A stretch of DNA of 32,000 nt, taken from assembly GCA_025349965.1 (NCBI GenBank), contig CP075337.1, positions 570,001-602,000 of the forward strand, read 5' to 3'. The notes below the pieces were generated by a model, which was not told the origin of the DNA, ran no database searches, and was given only the letters and a program-made list of their open reading frames with translations. Origin of the DNA: Candidatus Saccharimonadota bacterium (GTDB taxonomy: Bacteria; Patescibacteriota; Saccharimonadia; Saccharimonadales; Saccharimonadaceae). This document shows positions 23,474 through 31,776 of the stretch, one piece after another. Within the stretch, counting starts at the first letter, position 1. Every line of letters starts with the position of its first letter. A program made the translations under genes and the position numbers.

Positions 23474-24746
23474 TAGCAGTAACTGCGGCAATAAATTGCT
23501 CGCCCCTATCAATGTAATTCTTAAATTGTCCAAAACTTGCGCAGGCTGGGCTGAGAATAACCGTGTCACCAGCTGAAGCGGTGTCATGCGCATGTGCAAT
23601 AACGTCCGCAAATGGCATTGCCGAGAGAATCTCGTACGCAGCATACCCCGCAGTTTTCAGTGATTCAGCAATACGCGAAGCCTCATCGCCAATTAACAGA
23701 ACTCGCTTTACGTCACCGGTAGCAACCTTCTGGGCTAATTCAGTAAAATCAGCACCCTTATACGAGCCACCAAGAATCATAATCTTCGGGCCCGCAAGTG
23801 CGGTAATAGCGGCAATCGCACTTCCTGGAGTCGTTGCGATACTATCGTCATAATAGCTCACACCACCAACTTCACGCACAAACTTGAGGCGATGCGGCAA
23901 CCCATTAAAACTCCGCAGTCCTTCGGCAATAGTCGCGCCATTTTGCACCCATGACCATACAGCCGTAATGGCCGCACAAGCATTATCTTGGTTGTGCACC
24001 CCTGGAAGCAGTAAGTTTTCAACGTGACAAAGCTCTTGATCACCGTAATAGAAATAATCGCCACGTACATGCGCGCCCCGTTCAGACGGATACGGGAGTC
24101 GCCGCCCAACAGACTGGCCTGCGATTTCTGTCGCCCATTGATTCTGCGCATTATACACAGTGCGGTCGGTCGTGGTTTGATTTTGCGCAATCTTAGCCTT
24201 TGCGCCAATATAATCCTCGAGATCCGTATGGACATCAAGATGCTCCGGCTCAATGTAGAGAACAACTGCAACCTGTGGCGAGCGCTCCGCATCCCATAAT
24301 TGAAAGCTGGAAAGTTCGTACACAACGATATCTTCAGACTTAATTTCTTCAAGCACCTCAAGCGATGGCAAGCCAATATTCCCTACCAGCCACACCTTTT
24401 TTCCGCTCGCACGCAGAATGGCTGTGATGAGACTTGCGGTTGTCCCCTTGCCTTTTGAACCAGTCACACCAATGATTGGCGCAGGGCATTTTTCAAAGAA
24501 TTCGTTCGTTGCCGACCAGACTTTCCCGTCTGTTGTAATTTTATACGGCGCAACACCTGCACTACGAATCACTAAATCAAAACCATTTAAGTTTGCGAAC
24601 GCATCAGCTCCAATGATAGTTTGCACGCCCTCCGGCGCATCAACAGGGTGCTCATCGGCAATAGTGATAACGTGACCAATTTGAGCATTCCAGTATTCAT
24701 AGTTGGCGCGGCCCTCAACACCGTAGCCTGCGATTGCAATATTCAT
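23463..24746 (-). CDS. murD: UDP-N-acetylmuramoyl-L-alanine--D-glutamate ligase
   Basis: 427 aa. VTGSKGKGTTASLI P-loop and Mur ligase middle and C-terminal domains. The 3' end overlaps the murI 3' end by 11 nt (convergent). Confidence 0.9.
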   Translation of the reverse strand: MNIAIAGYGVEGRANYEYWNAQIGHVITIADEHPVDAPEGVQTIIGADAFANLNGFDLVIRSAGVAPYKITTDGKVWSATNEFFEKCPAPIIGVTGSKGKGTTASLITAILRASGKKVWLVGNIGLPSLEVLEEIKSEDIVVYELSSFQLWDAERSPQVAVVLYIEPEHLDVHTDLEDYIGAKAKIAQNQTTTDRTVYNAQNQWATEIAGQSVGRRLPYPSERGAHVRGDYFYYGDQELCHVENLLLPGVHNQDNACAAITAVWSWVQNGATIAEGLRSFNGLPHRLKFVREVGGVSYYDDSIATTPGSAIAAITALAGPKIMILGGSYKGADFTELAQKVATGDVKRVLLIGDEASRIAESLKTAGYAAYEILSAMPFADVIAHAHDTASAGDTVILSPACASFGQFKNYIDRGEQFIAAVTAITE

Positions 24747-24752
24747 ATGTCT

Positions 24753-24761
24753 AGTATAGCA
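24753..24761 (-). promoter_or_regulatory. extended -10 TGCTATACT, 6 nt before the murD start
   Basis: Plus strand agtatagca. ATG at 24746. The M16 peptidase stop is at 24768. Confidence 0.6.
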
Positions 24762-24767
24762 CTGAAG

Positions 24768-26060
24768 CTATTCAGTCTCTGCTGGGAAGAGTGGCGCGAA
24801 CTTCTCGCTCAACTGCAGAAGCTCTTCACGGTCACCACTACTTACCGCAGCAAGCGCCCAGGTGTTTGAGCGCATAAACTCGCAGGCGACTTCCTTGATC
24901 TTCTCGCGAGTAACTCTACGGAGCATATCAGGAATCTTATCGTAATCTTTAATAACATCATCCGCAAAATAACGGTGGGTGTAGAAATTGCTAATCTGAG
25001 AAACAGTTTGCGCACCCATCTGATGACGGCCAAGACCAAATGATTTTGCCGCCTCAATTTCAGCGTCGGTTAACTTTCCATCGAGCACCACTTTCAGCTC
25101 ACGAGCAATAATGTCAAAGAGCTGTGGCGCTGTTTCATGGTTCACCTGACCGGAAATATCCCAGGCGCTGTCATAGTAACTTGCGCCAGCATACGAGCCA
25201 ACGTAATACGCAAGTCCTTTGGCGCGGGCCTTTCCGTAAATGCGTGATGTTGCTGTACCGGTTAAAATGTGCCCAAGCGCACTCATGGCATCAACTTCCG
25301 CATCATCAAGTCGACGCGGAATCGTAAATGTTAATCCAAAGGTGATGTTTGAGGCATCTTTACGGCGAATAACTGCTGGTGGAGCACTCTTTAATTCATC
25401 TTGAGGAATTGGAAGACGCTCACCTTCCGGTAGTTCAAACGACTCAAGTTGGCGAATAATTTCAGATTTGCGACCCCTAAGCTTTCCAGCAATAACAAAA
25501 CGCATGTTCTGCGTAGTATGCGTACGTTTGTGGTGCTCGCGAATATCTGCAAGCGTTACATTCGCAATAGTTGCAAGACTCTGGCGGAATGTTAAGACAT
25601 CTTCACCAAGCAGCTGTTGCACACGCGGCCATAGAAGACGATGGTGATCATTGAGGTAGTTGGTAAGCTCGCTCCGAACATTCCCCTTCTCCGCCTCAAG
25701 TTCTTTTTCGTTGAAGCGAGGCTGGCAGATACTGAGCTTTTGTAGATCAAGAATTCTATCCCATTCAAAATCAGCACAGTCAGACTCGTATACCATCGCG
25801 AAATCAGAAGTATAGGCGTTATGATACGCCCCATTCTTAGTAAATTCCGCTTCAAACGCTTTCTCGCTGCGATACTTTGCATTAGCGCCAAAGGCCATAT
25901 GCTCCATAATATGAGCAACCTGTTCAATATCATTACTCTTCGCGTAACGATTTCCCGCCCTAAAGTGGAACTGCATACTCATAACAGTAGCACCCGGGAC
26001 ATTAATCAAAAGTCCCCGGGCACCGTTTTTAAGCCGTACTTCTTCAACCGTGTGCTTCAT
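24768..26060 (-). CDS. M16 (pitrilysin/insulinase) family zinc peptidase
   Basis: 430 aa. Inverted zinc motif HxxEH (VAHIMEHMAFG) with a downstream Glu region (EKGNVRSE). It starts 6 nt after the secA stop. Confidence 0.85.
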   Translation of the reverse strand: MKHTVEEVRLKNGARGLLINVPGATVMSMQFHFRAGNRYAKSNDIEQVAHIMEHMAFGANAKYRSEKAFEAEFTKNGAYHNAYTSDFAMVYESDCADFEWDRILDLQKLSICQPRFNEKELEAEKGNVRSELTNYLNDHHRLLWPRVQQLLGEDVLTFRQSLATIANVTLADIREHHKRTHTTQNMRFVIAGKLRGRKSEIIRQLESFELPEGERLPIPQDELKSAPPAVIRRKDASNITFGLTFTIPRRLDDAEVDAMSALGHILTGTATSRIYGKARAKGLAYYVGSYAGASYYDSAWDISGQVNHETAPQLFDIIARELKVVLDGKLTDAEIEAAKSFGLGRHQMGAQTVSQISNFYTHRYFADDVIKDYDKIPDMLRRVTREKIKEVACEFMRSNTWALAAVSSGDREELLQLSEKFAPLFPAETE

Positions 26061-26066
26061 AGTCTC

Positions 26067-28691
26067 TTAGCGTCGGCCAGATTTCTTATTTTGGCGTTGT
26101 GCTTTCTTCTTTTTACGCTGAACGTTTTTCTTGCGCTTTACTTCGTTAGCACTTTCGGCTTTCTTGGTATTAAAGTCGCCGTCACGGTTCTTTTCACCGC
26201 CAGTCACCTCGTTCACGCCCTTTTCAACGGCTGTTTCAGCAAGGCGAGTAAGGTCTGTATCGTGGTCTTCGGCTGCGCGGGCAACTGCATCACGTGCAGT
26301 CACGTGCATGATTGCGCGGATTACTTCTTCACGAAGCGTCGCCTGAAGACTATTGAAGAGCTTCTGAGATTCAGCACGATATTCAACCAATGGGTCGCGC
26401 TGACCAATGCTGCGCCAGTGAATACCTTCACGAAGGTGCTGCATATTCTCAAGATGTTGCATCCAAAGTGTATCAAGCACTTGAAGGTAGACTTCACGCT
26501 CAACCTTACGCATGACATCAGCTTCCACTTCATCTTCCTTCGCCTGGTAGAGCTTGCCCACTTCCTTCATTGCGAGTTCAAAACGAGTCTTGTCACGCTT
26601 TTCAGCGCCAATCGCCTTAATTTTCTTCTCGCTCATTGGGAACATTTCGGTAAATTCTACTTCAAAGTTTTTGTTGTTCTTTGCTGGAACAGTGGTAAGC
26701 TCCTGCACCTTTTCCTTCATGAGACGTTCAATTTCAGTGCGGATGTCTTGCCCCTGAAGGATCTTGCGACGAATTGCATACACAACACGGCGATGACGAT
26801 TAATCACATTGTCGTACTGGACAACATTCTTACGATTATCAAAGTTGTAGCCTTCAACACGCTTTTGCGCTGCTTCAAGTGTCTTTGATGCCATCTTGTG
26901 CTGGATTGCGGTTTCATCATCCATACCAACACGGTTCATAAGTGATGCAATACGCTCACCTTGGAAAATACGCATGAGGTCATCTTCGGTTGAAACGTAG
27001 AACTGTGTGATACCAGGGTCACCCTGACGCCCACCACGTCCACGGAGCTGGTTATCAACGCGACGAGATTCGTGACGCTCAGAGCCGATCACTACAAGCC
27101 CACCAAGTTCCTTCACGCCTTCACCAAGCTTAATGTCAGTACCACGACCAGCAATGTTGGTTGCAAGTGTTACGGCACCCTTTTCACCCGCCTTTTCAAT
27201 AATGGCAGCTTCACGCTCGTTATTCTTGGCGTTAAGAATTTCGTAGGGAATCTTCTCTTTTTCAAGGTGCTTCGCAATGAGTTCGTTCTTTGCAATTGAC
27301 GCAGAACCAACAAGTACCGGACGGCCCTCCTTGTGGTGCTCCTTAATAGTGTCAGCAATTGCCTTAAGCTTCGCCTTTTCAGTACGGAAGATAAGATCTT
27401 CCTTATCTTCACGAGCAATTGGACGATTCGGTGGAATCTGCACTACGTCAAGCTTGTAAATCTGCTGGAATTCTTCAGCCTCGGTAAAGGCAGTACCGGT
27501 CATACCAGAGAGTTTCTTGTAAAGACGGAAGTAATTCTGGAAAGAGACAGTCGCAAGTGTCATGCTTTCCTGCAAGATCTCTACGTGCTCCTTGGCCTCA
27601 ATTGCCTGGTGAAGCCCTTCGTTGTAGCGACGGCCTTGCATCAAGCGACCAGTAAACTCGTCGACGATAATAACTTCACCATCACCTGTAACAACGTAAT
27701 CTTTGTCACGCTTGAAAAGTGTTTGTGCGCGGAGGGCTTGGTCAAGATGGTACACAGAACGAACGTACTCTGGACTGTAAAGATTCTTTACGCCAAGCAT
27801 CTTCTGCACCTTTTCTACACCATCTTCGGTCAACGCAACCATCTTGCGCTTTTCGTCCACAACGTAGTCTTCAGCGGTAAGCTTTGAGGTAATCCGAGCA
27901 AATTGCTCATAGTTTTCTGGATTTTCACTGGCAGGCGCACTAATAATAAGCGGGGTACGCGCTTCGTCGATAAGAATTGAGTCAACCTCGTCCACAATCG
28001 CAAAGTGAAGATCACGCTGGCGAAGCAGTTCTACCTCATTCACCATGTTGTCACGAAGATAGTCGAATCCAAATTCGTTATTTGTTCCGTAGGTGATGTC
28101 GGCAGCATAGGCTTCTTTACGAGTGGCAGGGCGAAGCTTCTTCATGCGAGGGTCAGTCATGTCCTCGTTATCAAATTCTGGGTCAAAAATAAACGATGTA
28201 TCGTTGATGATAACGCCAACACTCAGGCCGAGGAAGTGGTACACTTCACCCATCCAGCCTGCATCACGCTGCGCAAGATAATCATTCACAGTAACAACGT
28301 GAACACCCTTGCCTTCAAGCGCGTTAAGATATACCGGAGCGGTAGCAACCAATGTCTTACCTTCACCAGTTTTCATTTCGGCGACGTTCCCTTCGTGAAG
28401 TGCGATACCGCCAATAAGCTGCACATCGAAGTGTCGCATACCAAGCACGCGATCAGCGGCTTCACGAACTACTGCGAATGCCTCAGGCAAGATAGCGTCA
28501 AGCGTCGTACCCTTCTTTGCAAGCTTCTTCTTGAGAACTTCAGTTTGCTTCTTAAGCTCAACTTTTGAAAGCTTTTTGTATTTATCAGAAAGTGCATTAA
28601 TACCAGCGACTTTTTTCTCAAGCCGCTTCAAAATCTTCTTCTGTGGGTCACCAAACACCTTGGTAAGTGCACCCTGCCGTGTAACTGCCAT
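26067..28691 (-). CDS. secA: preprotein translocase ATPase SecA
   Basis: 874 aa. MRHFDVQLIGGIALHEGNVAEMKTGEGKT, DEVDSILIDEARTPLIIS, TNIAGRGTDIKLG. Lys/Arg-rich C-terminal tail. Confidence 0.97.
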   Translation of the reverse strand: MAVTRQGALTKVFGDPQKKILKRLEKKVAGINALSDKYKKLSKVELKKQTEVLKKKLAKKGTTLDAILPEAFAVVREAADRVLGMRHFDVQLIGGIALHEGNVAEMKTGEGKTLVATAPVYLNALEGKGVHVVTVNDYLAQRDAGWMGEVYHFLGLSVGVIINDTSFIFDPEFDNEDMTDPRMKKLRPATRKEAYAADITYGTNNEFGFDYLRDNMVNEVELLRQRDLHFAIVDEVDSILIDEARTPLIISAPASENPENYEQFARITSKLTAEDYVVDEKRKMVALTEDGVEKVQKMLGVKNLYSPEYVRSVYHLDQALRAQTLFKRDKDYVVTGDGEVIIVDEFTGRLMQGRRYNEGLHQAIEAKEHVEILQESMTLATVSFQNYFRLYKKLSGMTGTAFTEAEEFQQIYKLDVVQIPPNRPIAREDKEDLIFRTEKAKLKAIADTIKEHHKEGRPVLVGSASIAKNELIAKHLEKEKIPYEILNAKNNEREAAIIEKAGEKGAVTLATNIAGRGTDIKLGEGVKELGGLVVIGSERHESRRVDNQLRGRGGRQGDPGITQFYVSTEDDLMRIFQGERIASLMNRVGMDDETAIQHKMASKTLEAAQKRVEGYNFDNRKNVVQYDNVINRHRRVVYAIRRKILQGQDIRTEIERLMKEKVQELTTVPAKNNKNFEVEFTEMFPMSEKKIKAIGAEKRDKTRFELAMKEVGKLYQAKEDEVEADVMRKVEREVYLQVLDTLWMQHLENMQHLREGIHWRSIGQRDPLVEYRAESQKLFNSLQATLREEVIRAIMHVTARDAVARAAEDHDTDLTRLAETAVEKGVNEVTGGEKNRDGDFNTKKAESANEVKRKKNVQRKKKKAQRQNKKSGRR

Positions 28692-28739
28692 ATAAATTTA
28701 CCCCGCCTTTCAGGAAATAATCGGTCTTACTTACCCTAT

Positions 28740-28748
28740 AGTATAGCA
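28740..28748 (-). promoter_or_regulatory. extended -10 TGCTATACT upstream of secA (about 40-nt leader)
   Basis: Plus strand agtatagca. secA ATG at 28691. Confidence 0.55.
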
Positions 28749-28798
28749 CCATAGCAGTGGTGGATAAAGGGGTGCGCTAGTAAATTTGTAGAAGAAAG

Positions 28799-29191
28799 TT
28801 AGCGCTGTAGTTCTGCCTGCTCACGCTCATTCAAGTGCTTATTTGCAATATCTATTGCACGCCAGGTAGCCGCAGCGGTTGATGCTACCGCCATAGTAGT
28901 ATTCAAAACTGTTGGCGCTCCATGCGTATTTGCGAACGTATTAAGCCCACTACCCGCAACTCCGAGCGCAACAATTGGATCGGTTGCAATTTTAAGTGCA
29001 AGTTGCCCAAGACGCGTTCGTACAAAGAATGATTCTTTCTCAGCGCTACTATCATACTCACTAGTACTTTGGGCGAGCTGGTCATATTGATCTTGATCAG
29101 CTTCAAAAATTTGGGAATCTTGAACCTGCAGCTCTTCGTCCCGACTCTGAATATCTTGTTCTACTGGAGTGTGTATGTTTTCATGTTCCAT
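28799..29191 (-). CDS. hypothetical protein (acidic N-terminal half, hydrophobic/Ala-rich C-terminal half)
   Basis: 130-aa ORF directly behind a near-perfect promoter (29201-29229). No recognisable domain. Confidence 0.6.
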   Translation of the reverse strand: MEHENIHTPVEQDIQSRDEELQVQDSQIFEADQDQYDQLAQSTSEYDSSAEKESFFVRTRLGQLALKIATDPIVALGVAGSGLNTFANTHGAPTVLNTTMAVASTAAATWRAIDIANKHLNEREQAELQR

Positions 29192-29200
29192 GTTAGAAAC

Positions 29201-29229
29201 ATTTTAGCATAAACTTGTTTAAATGTCAA
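29201..29229 (-). promoter_or_regulatory. near-consensus promoter TTGACA-17-TGcTAAAAT, -10 box 9 nt before ATG 29191
   Basis: Plus strand attttagca at 29201-29209 and tgtcaa at 29224-29229. The -35 box abuts the hpf stop codon (29230). Confidence 0.65.
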
Positions 29230-29565
29230 TTATACCGCTTCGGCTACTTTGCGCTTCTGCACTTCCGTCTTGTATTTGCGGAGTTGCGCGATGAGCTTTG
29301 CTTCAACGATATCTATCGCCGCCATCATATTTAAAGTGGTGTCACTTGCAGTGATAACTTTGCCCGGCACCTGAAGTACTACATCTACTTCGTACTTATT
29401 ACCATGGTCTTTATTTACCTCGCAGAGCTTCACGTCTGCAGCCATAGATTTCCTGGCGTGGAGCGGCGCGTATTTATCCAGCTTTCCTATTTTGTCCAGT
29501 ACATATTTCCGTGTTTTTTCATTCACTGCATATTTGATACCGGTGATGTCAACTGATGAAATCAT
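29230..29565 (-). CDS. hpf: ribosome hibernation promoting factor (short HPF/RaiA type)
   Basis: 111 aa. ITGIKYAVNEKTRKYVLDKIGKLDKY ... YEVDVVLQVPGKVITASDTTLNMMAAIDIVEAKLIAQLRKYK. AGGAGG Shine-Dalgarno 5 nt before the ATG. Confidence 0.85.
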   Translation of the reverse strand: MISSVDITGIKYAVNEKTRKYVLDKIGKLDKYAPLHARKSMAADVKLCEVNKDHGNKYEVDVVLQVPGKVITASDTTLNMMAAIDIVEAKLIAQLRKYKTEVQKRKVAEAV

Positions 29566-29622
29566 AGGGCCCTCCTTGCGTTAGGTGTATGTAACCAGTA
29601 TGGCAGATTTGAAAGTAGGTGT

Positions 29623-30345
29623 CTAGAAGCCCTTAACGTGAAGTGTGCAAATATTGGCGCCGTTAAGTAGGGATTCAAACAGAGGAATGTACTCATCCCT
29701 AATATCGGCAAGTGTTGCACTGGCTCCATACTTAGTATTGAATGCAGCAACCGTCATTCCGCCAGAAACGACAAGTTTCGCGTCGTTTAGTGCTGAACGA
29801 TACTCCGATTCCGTAACGTTTTCCGCCCTACCGCAGCTTGAAAGGTCTGGTGGAACCCATTGAAGAACTGACAAATTACCCGAAGCGCCCGATTTATAAA
29901 AGTAGGCCATCAAAAAAATCCCTCTTGCATTTAGCGTGCCCCACCGCGTTACGGGAAATATACCCATCCTGAAAGCGGGGTTAAGGGAAATGAGGTGATC
30001 CATGCCAGCCGGATCTACTACAGACGATTGTATCTTCGCTCCCGTACCATCACGCTGGAAAAAGCATTCTCCGGCATCAAAACCATCCTTGGCGGGAAAG
30101 TCCTCTAGACGCCCAAGACATGTAGCAATTGTCGTCTTGCCAGCAGGCATGAGTTTGTCTTCGGCCGCCGCCAACCGAGTAAGCTTCTCCAGGTCGTCTA
30201 CCTTCGATGCATATGCCGAGGTCTGAGCCCGTTTTTGTATTCCGTTATATGAAACGATTGTAATTGCCGCCAAAATAGCAATCACAACGATAACAATCAG
30301 AAGTTCTACAATAGTGAAACCGGCCCTACCCTTGAAACGATTCAT
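29623..30345 (-). CDS. type IV pilin-like protein with a unique Cys-containing C-terminal domain
   Basis: 240 aa. Prepilin signal MNRFKGRAG|FTIVELLIVIVVIAILAAITIVSYNG. The globular part has 4 Cys and no domain I recognise. Confidence 0.85.
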   Translation of the reverse strand: MNRFKGRAGFTIVELLIVIVVIAILAAITIVSYNGIQKRAQTSAYASKVDDLEKLTRLAAAEDKLMPAGKTTIATCLGRLEDFPAKDGFDAGECFFQRDGTGAKIQSSVVDPAGMDHLISLNPAFRMGIFPVTRWGTLNARGIFLMAYFYKSGASGNLSVLQWVPPDLSSCGRAENVTESEYRSALNDAKLVVSGGMTVAAFNTKYGASATLADIRDEYIPLFESLLNGANICTLHVKGF

Positions 30346-30354
30346 AGCCTGTCT

Positions 30355-30363
30355 AGTATAGCA
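30355..30363 (-). promoter_or_regulatory. extended -10 TGCTATACT, 9 nt before the second pilin start
   Basis: Plus strand agtatagca. ATG at 30345. Confidence 0.6.
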
Positions 30364-30397
30364 TGGGCGAGAAGATTAATCTTATATGCGCCCCGTG

Positions 30398-31702
30398 CTA
30401 GAGGAGCTCTTTACCACCAAGATACGGACGAAGTACTTCTGGTACCGTCACCGTTCCGTCTTCATGTTGGTTGTTTTCAATAATCGCAATCATGATGCGT
30501 CCAAGCGCAAACGCAGTGGCGTCATTCGTGTGCGCAAGCTCGAGACCTTCACCTGAAGCAAGACGAATGCGTGTCTGGAGGCGACGTGTTTGATAATCTG
30601 TCATGTAGTCCGCGGTGTGCGTTTCACGGTACTTGTTTTGCCCAGGAAGCCACGCTTCCATGTCGATGCCGCGCGCATTCGGCTTGCCAATATCGGCAGT
30701 ACACTTTTGAATTACCTGGTATGGAATCTGTAGCGCGCTAAGGAGATACTCCTGAATCGCAACAAAGAAATGGTGCTCAGCAAGCCCAGCCTCGCCAGTT
30801 GTAAATGACTCAAGCTCAAGCTTGTCAAACTGGTGCATGCGGAGGATACCCTCCATGTCTTTGCCATACGTACCCGCTTCACGGCGGAAGCTGGTTGCAT
30901 AGCCCACGTGACGGATTGGAAGTTCGGCTTCATCAATTACCTCTCCAGCGTACATACTTCCCATAACGTGTTCGGCACTTCCCTGGAGCCAAAGATCATC
31001 ACCTTCAAGCTTGTAGCGGTCATCACGCGGCTCAAGACGATCCATTGCATCGTAAAGATCAGTGCGAATCATGAATGGCGGCAAAGTTGGAATAAATGGC
31101 TTGGTTGAAATAGTTTCAAGCCCTGCATTCTGGGCAATTTCTTTAAGTTTTTCTTCACTTGAGAGTGTTGAGAAGACAAACTGTACAATTGCAAACTGGA
31201 GCTGCACGAGCTCGCCCTTCAGGTAGGCAAAACGACTGCCCGCAACTTTGGCAGCACGCTCTTTATCAATCCAGCCGCGTTGCTCGGCAATTTGGTAGTG
31301 ATTGCGCGCTTCAAAAGTAAACTGCGTTGGCTCGCCCACTACCTTTGCAACAACATTCTCATCTTCGCTTGCACCAAGCGGCACATCGGCAAGCGCCATG
31401 TTTGGGATAGCTTTTTGGAGTGCTAAGACTTCAGCTTCAAGCGTGTTGAGTTCGGCCTCACGCTCGGCAAGCTCAATTTTGATTTGCTTACCTTCATCAA
31501 TAAGTGACTGTTCCGGGCGACCACCCTTCATCTTGGCAGCGTTTTGATTGCGGCGCTCACGAAGGTCATCTACCACCTTTAGTACTTGGCGACGACTATC
31601 GTCACGCGAAATAAGTGCAGCAACATCAACCTCATACCCTTTATTGCGGGCATTTTCTTGGACTTGCTGGGCGTTCTCGCGGATGAATTTTAGGTCTAAC
31701 AT
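30398..31702 (-). CDS. serS: serine--tRNA ligase
   Basis: 434 aa. MLDLKFIRENAQQVQENARNKGY, an N-terminal coiled-coil arm, and class II motifs (FRREAGTYGKDMEGILRMHQFDKLE, GRIMIAIIENNQ). Confidence 0.95.
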   Translation of the reverse strand: MLDLKFIRENAQQVQENARNKGYEVDVAALISRDDSRRQVLKVVDDLRERRNQNAAKMKGGRPEQSLIDEGKQIKIELAEREAELNTLEAEVLALQKAIPNMALADVPLGASEDENVVAKVVGEPTQFTFEARNHYQIAEQRGWIDKERAAKVAGSRFAYLKGELVQLQFAIVQFVFSTLSSEEKLKEIAQNAGLETISTKPFIPTLPPFMIRTDLYDAMDRLEPRDDRYKLEGDDLWLQGSAEHVMGSMYAGEVIDEAELPIRHVGYATSFRREAGTYGKDMEGILRMHQFDKLELESFTTGEAGLAEHHFFVAIQEYLLSALQIPYQVIQKCTADIGKPNARGIDMEAWLPGQNKYRETHTADYMTDYQTRRLQTRIRLASGEGLELAHTNDATAFALGRIMIAIIENNQHEDGTVTVPEVLRPYLGGKELL

Positions 31703-31709
31703 AGTACAT

Positions 31710-31715
31710 AGTATA
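31710..31715 (-). promoter_or_regulatory. -10 box TATACT, 7 nt before the serS start
   Basis: Plus strand agtata. ATG at 31702. It lies immediately downstream of the terminator at 31719-31754. Confidence 0.5.
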
Positions 31716-31718
31716 CCA

Positions 31719-31754
31719 GAAAACCCGCCCAGTTCTGATGACAGCGGGCGGGTT
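31719..31754 (-). terminator. rho-independent terminator after the ABC permease gene
   Basis: Minus strand reads aacccgccc-(15-nt loop)-gggcgggtt, then TTCT. The serS -10 box follows immediately. Confidence 0.7.
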
Positions 31755-31776
31755 CTTGTTCTATACGTAGCGGAGC

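Noticed and set aside
25821-26888. 355-aa plus-strand ORF
   Set aside because: It lies antisense across the M16 peptidase/secA junction. Its translation is low-complexity (Leu/Phe/Cys-rich) with no motifs. The minus-strand genes have unmistakable family signatures, so this is a shadow ORF.
27333-28568. Plus-strand ORFs of 184 aa and 187 aa inside secA
   Set aside because: Both are antisense shadows of secA. Neither has a start context, a promoter or a recognisable sequence.
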